Shown: positions 54,243 to 63,873 of the stretch, piece by piece | Numbering within the stretch: position 1 is the stretch's first letter | Layout: every line of letters begins with the position of its first letter | Virus record (IMG/VR): IMGVR_UViG_3300037692_000302 | Direction: 5' to 3' (one strand) | From: an uncultured virus (IMG/VR IMGVR_UViG_3300037692_000302) | Lineage: Duplodnaviria > Heunggongvirae > Uroviricota > Caudoviricetes | DNA length: 64,000 nt | Notes under the pieces: model-generated | What the model saw: only the letters and a program-made list of their open reading frames with translations | The model's database searches: none | What the model was told of the DNA's origin: nothing | Made by a program: the position numbers and the translations under genes

Positions 54243-55055
54243 TTGAACGACAGTCTTCCATCCCGGAACACCCTCGCGGTGTTCGACGTATCCGGAGCGG
54301 ACATCCGCTTCGGCCTGACAGAGGACGGCGCCCCGTACGCCGTGGCCTCCGACTACGCGAAGGCCATGGGCTACGCCAGGACCCAGAGCGCCACCGACCT
54401 CTTGGACGAGGGCGAGAAGGGTTACGCCCAGACCGTAACCCCCGGCGGCACCCAGCGCCTGGCCGTCATCTTCGAGGACGGCATGTGGGAGCTCATCTTC
54501 CGCAGCACCCTCCCTGGCGCGAAGGCCATCAAGTCTCAGGTGAAGGCCATCCTCCGGGAGATCCGTGAGACCGGCTCGTACTCGGTGGCACCACCGGCGC
54601 CGGCGCTTCCGGACATGGCGACGCCGCAGGGCCGGATGGCTGTGGCCCGGATGCTGCTGGAGTCGACGGAACGCGAGCTCGAACTGACCACGCGAGTCGC
54701 GGACCTGGAGCCGAAGGCGCTGGCTCACGACACGCTGATGGCTGCGGCCAAGGGCGACGTGCTGGTGCGGCAGGCGGCGAAGGTGCTCGGCTGGAAGGAG
54801 CGGGACCTTCGCGGGTTCCTCCTCGACGAGAAGCTGATCTATCGGCGGCAGCAGACGTGCGGGGGCTGGGAGTACGACTTCTACGCCGCGCACGCCGAGC
54901 AGTTCAACGCGGTGAAGACCGTGGTGGAGCACACGTGGGGTTCGTGTGCGCACTACACGCTGCACCTGACTCCGCGCGGTCTGGCGTTCGTGCAGATGCG
55001 GATCGGCAAGCGTCAGTCGGAGATGCACGCCGCGATCCAGGGCGGTGCCCGATGA
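54243..55055 (+). CDS. antirepressor (BRO-N plus KilA-C/ANT-like)
   Basis: P.AVASD.AKAMGY; TPGG.Q....I.EDG..ELI.RS; IRETGSY; LEPKA; TPRG. Confidence 0.85.
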   Translation: MNDSLPSRNTLAVFDVSGADIRFGLTEDGAPYAVASDYAKAMGYARTQSATDLLDEGEKGYAQTVTPGGTQRLAVIFEDGMWELIFRSTLPGAKAIKSQVKAILREIRETGSYSVAPPAPALPDMATPQGRMAVARMLLESTERELELTTRVADLEPKALAHDTLMAAAKGDVLVRQAAKVLGWKERDLRGFLLDEKLIYRRQQTCGGWEYDFYAAHAEQFNAVKTVVEHTWGSCAHYTLHLTPRGLAFVQMRIGKRQSEMHAAIQGGAR

Positions 55056-55375
55056 CCGCTTCCCCGATCGAGTTGCCGGGCCGCTCCGTCCCGGTGCTGT
55101 CGCTGCCTGAGGCTCCGCTGCCGGACGTGAAGCCGGCGGATGCGCTGTATCAGCCGCTGCCGTCTGACGCGTACGCGCCGCCGCTGAACATCGCGGTGCG
55201 CCTTGCGCGGCAGGACTTGGCGGTGCAGCAGAACGCCAACATCCACGACCACACGGCCATGATCGCGGCTGCCACGGTGCTGGAGATCCGCCTGAGGCAG
55301 GTGCTGGACGCACTGGATGCGGACTCCGCGAGGACCGTTCGCCCGCTGGCCGCACGCCAGGGCGGTGCGGCATGA
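55052..55375 (+). CDS. hypothetical protein
   Basis: ATGA coupling. Confidence 0.6.
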   Translation: MTASPIELPGRSVPVLSLPEAPLPDVKPADALYQPLPSDAYAPPLNIAVRLARQDLAVQQNANIHDHTAMIAAATVLEIRLRQVLDALDADSARTVRPLAARQGGAA

Positions 55376-56043
55376 GCGCCCCGCTGTCGATGAACACGAA
55401 GGACGGTACGTGCTGGACGCGTCGTGCGGCGACGCGTGGCGGGCTGGCCTTGTACGCGCCGGAGGGCGTGTGCTCCTGCCCGGAGTTTGTGATGGCGACC
55501 GAGGCCGAGTTGGCCGAGCTGGGGATTGCCGGGTCGGCGGATGTCCTGCCGATGCCGGTGGGCCCGAAGCCGTCGCCCGCAGCTGGTTCCTACTCGCCTG
55601 CTCTGCCGTGGGCCGCGCTCATGGACGGCGAGGACCTGGCGGACTTCCTAGACGAGCTGGCCGACTCCGCCACCGTGAACGCCAGTAGCGAGGTGCGGCT
55701 GGCGGAGGTTGAGCGGACGTGTGCGACGTGGCGGCTGATTGCTGAGGCGCAGCACGGGCACAACACGGCGCCGGGCCCGGACGCGGTGACGCAGGTGTTC
55801 GCGCCGGTGGCGTCGCTGCGCGAGGACGCGCCGTTGAAGGGCCGGGCCCGGCTTGATGCTTCTGCGGCGGTCGCTGCTGAGGCGACTCACTGGAAGCGGC
55901 TCGGCATTGAGGACCCGCACGATTCGCCGCTGCACCAGTCGCACCGGGTTCCGCATGACCTGCCGGTTCCGGATGGCTGCCGTCTGGGTGCGGACGACCT
56001 TGACGAGATCAGCCGCGACGTGTGGTTCGGCGGTGGCGCGTGA
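55372..56043 (+). CDS. hypothetical protein
   Basis: ATGA coupling; DPHDSPLH motif. Confidence 0.65.
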   Translation: MSAPLSMNTKDGTCWTRRAATRGGLALYAPEGVCSCPEFVMATEAELAELGIAGSADVLPMPVGPKPSPAAGSYSPALPWAALMDGEDLADFLDELADSATVNASSEVRLAEVERTCATWRLIAEAQHGHNTAPGPDAVTQVFAPVASLREDAPLKGRARLDASAAVAAEATHWKRLGIEDPHDSPLHQSHRVPHDLPVPDGCRLGADDLDEISRDVWFGGGA

Positions 56044-56597
56044 TGACGACCACCGACTCTACGAAGCACCTCCTCGGCTACGGCCGCCGTGACACGGCGA
56101 CGGGCATGCTGCACGGTCACATCCGCTGGCCTGAGGGGACCGCGCCCACCCCGTTCGGCTGCCGCTGGTGCGGCACCGAGGAGGGCGGGCACGGCCGTCG
56201 GTGGATTCCCGGGAAGGGCCTGCACGCCTGGGAGCAGCCGACCGAGCGGCAGATCAAGGCCCGCATGCTGGCCCGTCGCAACGCCCGTAAGGACGCGTGC
56301 CGGTGCCCGCTGGACGACGAGTGGCGCCCGTTCGCCCCGGTCTTCGACCCGTACATGTGTGAGGCGTCCGACTGTCACGGCTACCGCTCGGAGGAAGACC
56401 CGTTCGGCGGGGGCTCGTACTCGCGGTCGGTGCACACGCCGAGCGCCGAAGTCTTCCGCGTGTGCACGTGCGGCTGGCGGACGACCGTGTGGCACGTGGA
56501 CGACGGGTCGGCGGAGGAAGAGCTCCACGGCCACGTGACCCGCGAGCACGGCGGCGTCTATCCGGGCCTCGCTGTTGAGGCGGGTGCGTCCCGATGA
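56043..56597 (+). CDS. Cys/His-rich hypothetical protein
   Basis: PFGCRWCG; CTCGW...H. Confidence 0.65.
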   Translation: MTTTDSTKHLLGYGRRDTATGMLHGHIRWPEGTAPTPFGCRWCGTEEGGHGRRWIPGKGLHAWEQPTERQIKARMLARRNARKDACRCPLDDEWRPFAPVFDPYMCEASDCHGYRSEEDPFGGGSYSRSVHTPSAEVFRVCTCGWRTTVWHVDDGSAEEELHGHVTREHGGVYPGLAVEAGASR

Positions 56598-56896
56598 CCG
56601 TCCTCGTCTTCTTCTTCGCCGACCTGTCCGCACCCGCCGCCGTCCTCCTGGCGGTTGGTGCGACGGCGACCGTGTCCATTCCGGCGCTGCTCCTCGCGGA
56701 CGCGCACCGCTCGGATTTCCCCCGCTTGTGGCAGGCGGCCGTGGATGCGCGCCACACCTTCGACCGGGCGCTCATGTCCGGTCTGCGGTGGGCGGATGCC
56801 GTGGTCGTGGATGTCCGGCTTGCTCTGCGTGATGCCGCCTTGTCGGGCGCCGCGCTCCTCGCTCTTCTCTTCCCTGCCGCTGGAGGCACCCGATGA
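56594..56896 (+). CDS. membrane protein
   Basis: Hydrophobic termini; coupled. Confidence 0.55.
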   Translation: MTVLVFFFADLSAPAAVLLAVGATATVSIPALLLADAHRSDFPRLWQAAVDARHTFDRALMSGLRWADAVVVDVRLALRDAALSGAALLALLFPAAGGTR

Positions 56897-57324
56897 TCCA
56901 CTCGAACAAGCCGGACCTGTCCTACGAGATCGGCGCCAACCACCTCCACGGCGTACTCCGCGCCGACCAGATCCGGACGGACACCCTCGTCCAGCTGGTC
57001 CACCACTGGCGTGAGCCGAAGGACCGGGACGCGATCCTCGCCGCTCTCGATGAGCTGGCCGACGTCGTCCACTCCGTCCGCCGGGAAGGCGAGCTGGACG
57101 CGGCGCTGGAGAACATCGAGGACGTTGCCGGGATGGAGACGGCGCACATCGAGGTCGGCTCGCACGATGTCCGCCGTCTCCTCGCGGAGCTGACGGAGGT
57201 GGCGCGGGTTGTCGGCCGGTTCTCGAAGAGTGCGTCGGACATCAAGTACCCGGCGATGCGCGCGACCCGCAAGCACTTCGCCGAGCACCCGCTGCCCGGC
57301 CAGCGTCAGGCAGGTGCGGCATGA
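56893..57324 (+). CDS. hypothetical protein
   Basis: GGAGG RBS; coupled. Confidence 0.65.
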   Translation: MIHSNKPDLSYEIGANHLHGVLRADQIRTDTLVQLVHHWREPKDRDAILAALDELADVVHSVRREGELDAALENIEDVAGMETAHIEVGSHDVRRLLAELTEVARVVGRFSKSASDIKYPAMRATRKHFAEHPLPGQRQAGAA

Positions 57325-57863
57325 CCGACGCCCGCGCCCGTATCCACGCGATGTTCCCCCTCGACAGGGCTTCCGAGCGGGAACTCGACATCCGGCTCGA
57401 CGCCTACCGCGCTGAGGTGCTTGTCACTGACGGGCAGGCGTACGACGGGGAACTGGCCATGCTGCGCGGCTTGGTCCGTACCCTCCGCGTCGTCGTGCGC
57501 CCCGACGACCCGGATGTGGCTGAGGTGCAACGCCTCCTGATCGAGCACGCCCGCGACGAGACGGCCGCCCGCGCCGAGGAGAAGGCCACCGCTTCGGCGG
57601 CGACGGCCACTCCCGACTTCTTCCAGGCGGGCCACACCTACCGCCGCGACGAGGACGGCACTCTCACCCACCCCTTCGTATGGGTCTTCGAAGTCCGCTC
57701 CATCGAGACCCACCCCGACGGCGCCCGGTACGCCTTCGGATTCCTCACCAGCAAGGGCGGCGGGAACTCGCTGGTGCCGCACTCCGAGTGGGAGAAGTCA
57801 TGGCCTGACGGCTGGGCTTCGTCCGGCTGGACCGACATCACCGAGGGCGGCACCCATGACTGA
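57321..57863 (+). CDS. hypothetical protein
   Basis: LDAYRAEVL; ATPDFFQ.G.TY; coupled. Confidence 0.65.
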   Translation: MTDARARIHAMFPLDRASERELDIRLDAYRAEVLVTDGQAYDGELAMLRGLVRTLRVVVRPDDPDVAEVQRLLIEHARDETAARAEEKATASAATATPDFFQAGHTYRRDEDGTLTHPFVWVFEVRSIETHPDGARYAFGFLTSKGGGNSLVPHSEWEKSWPDGWASSGWTDITEGGTHD

Positions 57864-58092
57864 CGTCGAGCGCACCCGCCGCCGTGAACTCCTCGCCGAG
57901 ATCCGACGCATCGGCGGCCACATCACCACCGGTGAGGCGCACCGCTTCTACCGCGCCACCGGCTACGGCCCGTGCCGCACCACCGCCCGCCGAGACCTCG
58001 CCTACTGGGCCCGGCGCGGACTCCTCACCCAGCGCGGCCCGGACGAGAAGCGCGCCTTCACCATCAACTACGCGAAGGACAACGCCCGATGA
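57856..58092 (+). CDS. small winged-helix-like protein
   Basis: RTTARRDL......GLL. Confidence 0.55.
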   Translation: MTDVERTRRRELLAEIRRIGGHITTGEAHRFYRATGYGPCRTTARRDLAYWARRGLLTQRGPDEKRAFTINYAKDNAR

Positions 58093-58976
58093 CCGAGGCC
58101 ACCAACCCCACCAGCAGGCTCACCGACCAGCAGCTGAAGGTGCTGTTCTCCGAGCTGCACAACTCCCGCGTAGGGCAGAACCAGAAGGGTTTCTCCCACG
58201 TCCAGCAGTGGGACGTACGCCGCTTCCTGATCCGCGTGTTCGGGTTCGGCGGCTACGACACCGAGCTGCTCTCGATCGACTGCGTCAAGGAAATCGAGAT
58301 CAAGAACGGCGACCGCTCGCGGTGGACAGTGGTCTACCGCGTCCACCAGCGGCTCACCGTGAAGGACATCGCGGGCCGGCCGATCGCCACCTTCGACGGT
58401 GTCGCCACCGGCGACTCGCAGAATCAGCCCTCCCTCGGCGACGCCCACGACGGTGCCGTGAAGGAGGCCGACTCGCAGTCGCTGAAGCGCGCGGCCGTGA
58501 ACCTCGGTGATGCCTTCGGGCTCAGCCTCTACAACGGCGGCAAGACCAGCCCGGTCGTCCTGTGGTCGGTCGCGCACCCACACCTCACCATCAGGGGCCC
58601 GGTCGCCGGGCAGGACGAGGCCAAGCCGGAGGACCCGCCCGTCGAGGGCGAGCCAGACGCCAAGCCGGATACCCCCGCGCCGGACCCGACGCCCCCGGCT
58701 GCCGCGTCCGCCCCGCCGCAGGAGCAGAAGCCGCCCGCGCCGGCCGCCGTGCCGGACCCGCCGCAGCAGCAGCGCCCCGGCGCCATGCCCGCCGCCGTCA
58801 CCGACGCCGAGCGACAGTCCGCCCTCGAATCCATGTGGGCCGCCGCGCGCGACGCGCAGTTCGAGGCTGGTCTGCCCGCGCAGTTCGTCGGCTCCTTCGG
58901 CCACCCCATCGAGGAGGGGACCGCCTCCGAGTTCCGCCAGGCCGCCTCGCTCATGCGCGGCTCGGCCGCCGCCTGA
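58089..58976 (+). CDS. Rad52/Rad22-like single-strand annealing protein
   Basis: LIRVFGFGG; AVKEA.S.SLKRAA..LG..FGL.LY; Pro-rich tail. Confidence 0.85.
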   Translation: MTEATNPTSRLTDQQLKVLFSELHNSRVGQNQKGFSHVQQWDVRRFLIRVFGFGGYDTELLSIDCVKEIEIKNGDRSRWTVVYRVHQRLTVKDIAGRPIATFDGVATGDSQNQPSLGDAHDGAVKEADSQSLKRAAVNLGDAFGLSLYNGGKTSPVVLWSVAHPHLTIRGPVAGQDEAKPEDPPVEGEPDAKPDTPAPDPTPPAAASAPPQEQKPPAPAAVPDPPQQQRPGAMPAAVTDAERQSALESMWAAARDAQFEAGLPAQFVGSFGHPIEEGTASEFRQAASLMRGSAAA

Positions 58977-59033
58977 CCGCCGCACGACTTGGGCCGCCCC
59001 GCAGTCGGGGCGGCCCGCCCCAAGGAGTAGCAC

Positions 59034-59561
59034 ATGAGCCTCAAGGACGCCGCGGAACGAGCCGCGGTCCTCGACACCCTGCACAAGGCCATCGGCGAGG
59101 AGCTGAAGGCCGCCAAGCGGGATCTGGAAGCCGGGCTGCGCGCCGCGAAGGCGGAGACCGGCACCCAGAAGGTCGCCATCAGTCTCGACGGCCGGCAGGA
59201 CATCGGCACCGCCAGCCTTGTCCAGCCCGCCGCCGTCGCGACCGTCACTGAGCCGGAGAAGTTCAAGGCGTGGGTGCTGGAGCACTTCGCCGGCGAGATC
59301 AAGCGGGAGTTCGTCACGTCGGTGCAGCCCGCGTTCCAGAAGAAGCTTCTCGATCAGGTTGGTGCGGCCGGGGTGGCGCAGTGGGCTGATCCGGAGACCG
59401 GCGAGATCCACGCTGTGCCTGGTGTTGAGATGCAGGGCCGGGCGGCGTATACGCGGATGACGGTGCCGGATGCCGGGAAGCAGGCGATCGCGGCAGCGTG
59501 GCAGTCGGGCGCTCTCTCGCACGTGGTGCTCCCGCAGCTCGGCGGGGGTGGTGCCGAATGA
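59034..59561 (+). CDS. recombination-associated hypothetical protein
   Basis: AAGGAG RBS; N-terminal coiled coil; TGEI..VPGV. Confidence 0.65.
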   Translation: MSLKDAAERAAVLDTLHKAIGEELKAAKRDLEAGLRAAKAETGTQKVAISLDGRQDIGTASLVQPAAVATVTEPEKFKAWVLEHFAGEIKREFVTSVQPAFQKKLLDQVGAAGVAQWADPETGEIHAVPGVEMQGRAAYTRMTVPDAGKQAIAAAWQSGALSHVVLPQLGGGGAE

Positions 59562-60040
59562 CCCCGCGCATCGTCCCCGCTGGCGAGCGATACGGCCGCC
59601 TCGTCGTCACCGTCCAGCGCAACCCCTGCGAGCCCCGCGTGCAGTGCCGCTGCGACTGCGGCAAGGAGCACTCCCTCCTGCTCGGGCAGTGGGGCAAGTC
59701 GAAGTCTTGCGGATGTCTGAGGTCCGAGATCCTCCTCGCCCGCCACACCCGGCACGGCATGGCCGGCACCCGCATCTACGACATCTGGACGCAGATGGTC
59801 CAGCGCTGCCACAACTCCCGGAACGCGCGCTACGCCGACTACGGCGGCCGCGGCATCCGGGTGTGCGATCAGTGGCGGGACTTCGCGAACTTCTACGCCG
59901 ATATGGGCGAGCGCCCGGCGGGACGCTCGCTGGACCGCATCAACAACGATCTCGGCTACTCGCCGGACAACTGCCGCTGGGCCACCACCACTGAACAGCG
60001 GCACAACCGCCGCGACACCGCAAAGGCGGCGACCAAGTGA
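59558..60040 (+). CDS. HNH-type homing endonuclease-like protein
   Basis: YGRL.V; CRCDCG; SCGC; YGGRGI.VC; SLDRINN..GY.P.NCRWAT. Confidence 0.85.
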   Translation: MTPRIVPAGERYGRLVVTVQRNPCEPRVQCRCDCGKEHSLLLGQWGKSKSCGCLRSEILLARHTRHGMAGTRIYDIWTQMVQRCHNSRNARYADYGGRGIRVCDQWRDFANFYADMGERPAGRSLDRINNDLGYSPDNCRWATTTEQRHNRRDTAKAATK

Positions 60041-60759
60041 AGTACCTGGACTCCCGGCGCCTTGCGTGGGACTTCGAGACCACCTCGACGGACCCGACCG
60101 AGGCGCGCATTGTCACCGCCGCCCTCGTCGGCCGCGGCGGCGCATCCCCGGAAAACGTGCAGACGTGGACCATCAACCCCGGCGTACCGATCCCGCCGGA
60201 GACCACAGCTATCCATGGCATTGACGACGCGAAGGCGCAGGCTGAGGGCGTCGAGCCGAAGGCCGCGCTGGAAGAACTCGCCGAGACGATGGCCCGTGCC
60301 ATCCGGTACGGCATGCCGCTTGTCGCGTTCAACACCGCCTACGACTGGAGCGTCCTGCACTACGAGCTGGTGCGGCACGGGCTGCCGACGATGCTGGACC
60401 GGCTCGGCTGCCAGCCGTACTCGCTGATCGACCCGCTGGTTTTGGACAAGCAGGCCGACAAGTACCGCAAGGGCTCTCGCAAGTTGCAGGCGGTCGCCGC
60501 GCACTACGGCGTGCACTTGGAGAACTGGCACGAGGCGAAGGCCGACGCGATCGCCGCGCTCGGTATCGCTGATGCGCTGTTCGAGCAGCACCCGCGGCTC
60601 GCCGCGTACGACGCGCAGCGGCTGTTCCTGGCTCAGCAGACGTGGCGTGAGGAGCAGCAGGCGGGGTTGCAGGCGCACTTCCGGAAGAGGGACCCGGAGG
60701 CGTACTGCGCGCCGGAGTGGCCGCTGGTCCCGGCGAAGCGCGCGGGCGGTGCGTCATGA
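60037..60759 (+). CDS. DEDDh 3'-5' exonuclease (DnaQ-like)
   Basis: DFETT; HGI; FN..YD; H.A.AD. Confidence 0.88.
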   Translation: MKYLDSRRLAWDFETTSTDPTEARIVTAALVGRGGASPENVQTWTINPGVPIPPETTAIHGIDDAKAQAEGVEPKAALEELAETMARAIRYGMPLVAFNTAYDWSVLHYELVRHGLPTMLDRLGCQPYSLIDPLVLDKQADKYRKGSRKLQAVAAHYGVHLENWHEAKADAIAALGIADALFEQHPRLAAYDAQRLFLAQQTWREEQQAGLQAHFRKRDPEAYCAPEWPLVPAKRAGGAS

Positions 60760-61061
60760 GGCCTTCCCGCCGACGTCTCACCGAGCAGGGCACCGACCTT
60801 GCCGCCCGCAACGAACGCCTCCGCACCGAACGTGACGACGCACGCAGGAACGCGCACGCCTGCGCCAGCCAACTGGAGCGCGTCGCAGCCGAACTGTCCA
60901 CGGCGAAGGACGTGATCGCGTCGCACATCGTGGCGGCCGGCCATCCCTCGACGGTGTTGCAGTCCCCGCAGGAGTTCGCGGGGTCGCTGTGCCAGTCGCT
61001 GGCTGACGCGGGTGTGGACCTGCGGATCGAGCTGGCCCGGCTGGAAGGGGTCGAGCTGTGA
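60756..61061 (+). CDS. coiled-coil hypothetical protein
   Basis: ATGA coupling. Confidence 0.55.
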   Translation: MRPSRRRLTEQGTDLAARNERLRTERDDARRNAHACASQLERVAAELSTAKDVIASHIVAAGHPSTVLQSPQEFAGSLCQSLADAGVDLRIELARLEGVEL

Positions 61062-61270
61062 ACGACAGCGTCCGTGCCGGGATCGCCGTCCTCACCGCGG
61101 TGTCCGTCGGCATCGTCCTGACCGCCCGCTGGTGGAACACCCCGGTCCGCGAGACCGGCCCGTACGCCGACGGTCACCCCACCGTCGAAACGCCCCTCGT
61201 CGACCTGATGGGCGAGTGGGAGCCCGTGTACGGGATCGCGCTGGAGCAGGCGCGGAGGGCTGCGCCATGA
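61058..61270 (+). CDS. small membrane protein
   Basis: N-terminal TM; coupled. Confidence 0.55.
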   Translation: MNDSVRAGIAVLTAVSVGIVLTARWWNTPVRETGPYADGHPTVETPLVDLMGEWEPVYGIALEQARRAAP

Positions 61271-61635
61271 GCACCCTGACTGCGTTCCTCACCGTCGCCG
61301 CGGTGCTCGCCGTGTCGCTGCCTGCCGCGTACTGGCAGATCCGGCGGGCTCAGCGGGCCGAGTCGGAGCGGGACCGGTTCATCCGCGAGGCATGCACTCC
61401 GGGCCTGGACGTGTGGGACGACAACCTCCGCCGGTGGATCACCCTGCCGCCCGGCGTGAAGCCGAGCTTGGGCCAGTACACGGACCGCGAGGTCACCTCG
61501 CTCGACCGGCTCGAACTCGCCTGGGATGCGCCCGCGTACGGCGAGACCGCCGTCGACCCGGCATGGGCCGCCGGCCTGGAACGCCTGCGGGACGCCGTCC
61601 GCGACCACCACACCAACACACCCGAGGGGGACTGA
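61267..61635 (+). CDS. membrane-anchored hypothetical protein
   Basis: N-terminal TM; GGAGG RBS. Confidence 0.6.
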   Translation: MSTLTAFLTVAAVLAVSLPAAYWQIRRAQRAESERDRFIREACTPGLDVWDDNLRRWITLPPGVKPSLGQYTDREVTSLDRLELAWDAPAYGETAVDPAWAAGLERLRDAVRDHHTNTPEGD

Positions 61636-61638
61636 CTC

Positions 61639-62046
61639 ATGGGCTACACCACCTGCGTCGACGGCGAGTTCGCCATCGAACCGCCGCTCACCTGGAACGA
61701 AATCAAGGCCAGCCCGTTCGAGCCCGTCGGCCGCGGCAAGTACGGCGCCGTCGGCATCGACCTCGATCTACGCGTCGAGGAAGCCTCCGTTGACACCGAC
61801 GAGGGCACCCTCGTCCGCCGCACCGGAACCGCCCTGGCGATGCGGGAGATCGACGAGTACCGCGCCCGCAACCTCGTCGAGCAGGTACAGAGCTGTATCG
61901 ACCTCTTCCCCGGACACGCGTTCACCGGCCGCCTCGACTGTGAGGGCGAGGAGAACACGGACATGTGGCGGGTCGTCGTCCGCGACGGCCGCGCTGTGAA
62001 GGTCACCCCGCGCATCGTCTGGCCTGACGAGGACGGTGCAGCGTGA
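61639..62046 (+). CDS. DUF6205-like protein
   Basis: MGY.T...GE..IEPPLTW.E; F.G...C.GEE..D.WR. Confidence 0.65.
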   Translation: MGYTTCVDGEFAIEPPLTWNEIKASPFEPVGRGKYGAVGIDLDLRVEEASVDTDEGTLVRRTGTALAMREIDEYRARNLVEQVQSCIDLFPGHAFTGRLDCEGEENTDMWRVVVRDGRAVKVTPRIVWPDEDGAA

Positions 62047-62594
62047 CCGCCTCCCTGCTCGGCTGCGACATCCCGGCCACCATCATCTGCGCCGACGTCG
62101 CAACAGGCCCAGCCCAACCCGCCATCACCATCACCGTCCACGGACTCCCTGCACCCCAGGGCTCGAAGCGTCACCTCGGCAACGGCGTCATGGTCGAGTC
62201 GTCGAAGAAGGTCAAGCCGTGGCGGACCGACGTCAAGCACGCCGCCCTCGCCATCGTCGAAGCCCTGCCCGACTGGACGGTCCTCGACGGGCCGCTCGCC
62301 GTCGCCATGACGTTCACCTTCGACCGACCCAAGGGGCACTACCGGACCGGCCGCAACGCCCACCTGCTGCGCGATGCGGCGCCCACCCGGCCGGCCGGGA
62401 CGCCGGATCTTTCCAAGCTTGTCCGGTCTACGGAGGACGCGTTGACCGGCGTCATCTGGAAGGACGACGCCCGGGTCGTTGAATACGTGCGGCTCGGGAA
62501 GTGGTACGCGGGGACCGACGCCGACGACGTGCTGACGGTGCCGGGTTGTGTCGTCCACGTCTGGCCGCTCAACGAGGCGGTGAACGTGCGATGA
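62043..62594 (+). CDS. rusA: RusA-like Holliday junction resolvase
   Basis: PAPQGSK; PDLSKL.RSTEDALT...W.DD..VV. Confidence 0.85.
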   Translation: MTASLLGCDIPATIICADVATGPAQPAITITVHGLPAPQGSKRHLGNGVMVESSKKVKPWRTDVKHAALAIVEALPDWTVLDGPLAVAMTFTFDRPKGHYRTGRNAHLLRDAAPTRPAGTPDLSKLVRSTEDALTGVIWKDDARVVEYVRLGKWYAGTDADDVLTVPGCVVHVWPLNEAVNVR

Positions 62595-63283
62595 CCATCG
62601 GATCCGCGCACGGCCTCACCACCCCACGAGCCGCCGACTGGCGAGACGCATCCAACTGTCGCGGCGAGGACCCGGCCCTGTTCTTCCCTCAGGGCGACTC
62701 CGGGCCCTGGCTCCTGCGCATCGAGCAGGCCAAAGCCATCTGCCGGGCCTGCCCCGTCGCCGAAGCCTGCGCCCAGTGGGCCCTCAACAGCCGCGAGAAC
62801 TACGGCATCTTCGGCGGCTTCACCGAACAGGAACGGGCCAGCATCCGGCGCGCGAAGACACGCCGCCGCATCAGCCCCGAAGAAGCCGCCAAGAAAGCCG
62901 AGCAGGCCAGGCAGGCCCAGCCCCGCACCATGCAGTCCATCCACGACGCCAGCACCGTCCGCCTCTACGGCGGACACCTCGCCTGGGTCGGGCCGAAGAG
63001 AGTCCATTTCAAAGGGCAGCAGTTCACGCCGAAGCAGTTCTGCTTCGCCCTCGACCGCGGCCGCAGCCCCGACGGCCCCGTCCGCTCCGAGTGCGGCATC
63101 GACGAATGCGTGCTCGCCGCGCATCTCGCGGACACGGCGGAGCGGTCTCGGTGCGGCACAAGGTACGGCTACGACCTGCATCTGAAAGCCGGTGAGCCGA
63201 CGTGTGATCGGTGCCGTCGCGCGAACGCGGACGCGGACAACCGGCTCCGCTGGACCGGCACCACGAAGGCGGTGGCGGCATGA
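62591..63283 (+). CDS. WhiB-family regulator with C-terminal extension
   Basis: W...S.C...DP.LFFP; CRACPV...C..WAL; GIFGG. Confidence 0.88.
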   Translation: MTIGSAHGLTTPRAADWRDASNCRGEDPALFFPQGDSGPWLLRIEQAKAICRACPVAEACAQWALNSRENYGIFGGFTEQERASIRRAKTRRRISPEEAAKKAEQARQAQPRTMQSIHDASTVRLYGGHLAWVGPKRVHFKGQQFTPKQFCFALDRGRSPDGPVRSECGIDECVLAAHLADTAERSRCGTRYGYDLHLKAGEPTCDRCRRANADADNRLRWTGTTKAVAA

Positions 63284-63873
63284 CCCGTATCCCCGCAGCC
63301 TTCCCGAAAAACCTCGAACCCGCCGGCCAGTGGGTGCACCAGGCCGCTTGCCTCGGCCGCCGGGACGACATGTTCCCTGACAACAGTGAAACCGGAATCG
63401 CGAACGCGAAGCGGATCTGTAAGCCGTGTCCGGTCTGGCGCGAATGCCTGGCCGACGCGATCCGGACCGGCGACAACGAGCACGGCATCCGCGGCGGACT
63501 GAAGCCGTGCGAACGCCGCGACCTGGCCCGGAAGATGGCGCTCGACGCCGGGGAGCCGGCCGTCGAGGAACCGTCGGCCGCGCGGACTCTCGAAACCCTG
63601 TGGGGTGAGAACACGGCTGCCGGTGACGGGCATCTCGCCTGGACGGGCGGCAACCCCGTCTACCTGAACAACCGTGTGTACACGCCGAAGCGGGTTGCTT
63701 TCTGGGTGGACCGGGGGCGGGTTCCGATCGGTTCGGTGCGTGCAACATGCCGGGTCGACGGGTGTGTGCTGCCCGCGCATCTCACTGATCGGCGGGAACG
63801 GGAGCAGCAGCGGGAGGCCGAGCGCCTCGCCGCTGAGCGGGCGGAAGCGCAGCGGATGGCGGCCGCCTCGTGA
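63280..63873 (+). CDS. WhiB-family regulator with C-terminal extension
   Basis: W..QAAC; CKPCPV..ECL..A; GIRGGL. Confidence 0.85.
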   Translation: MTRIPAAFPKNLEPAGQWVHQAACLGRRDDMFPDNSETGIANAKRICKPCPVWRECLADAIRTGDNEHGIRGGLKPCERRDLARKMALDAGEPAVEEPSAARTLETLWGENTAAGDGHLAWTGGNPVYLNNRVYTPKRVAFWVDRGRVPIGSVRATCRVDGCVLPAHLTDRREREQQREAERLAAERAEAQRMAAAS

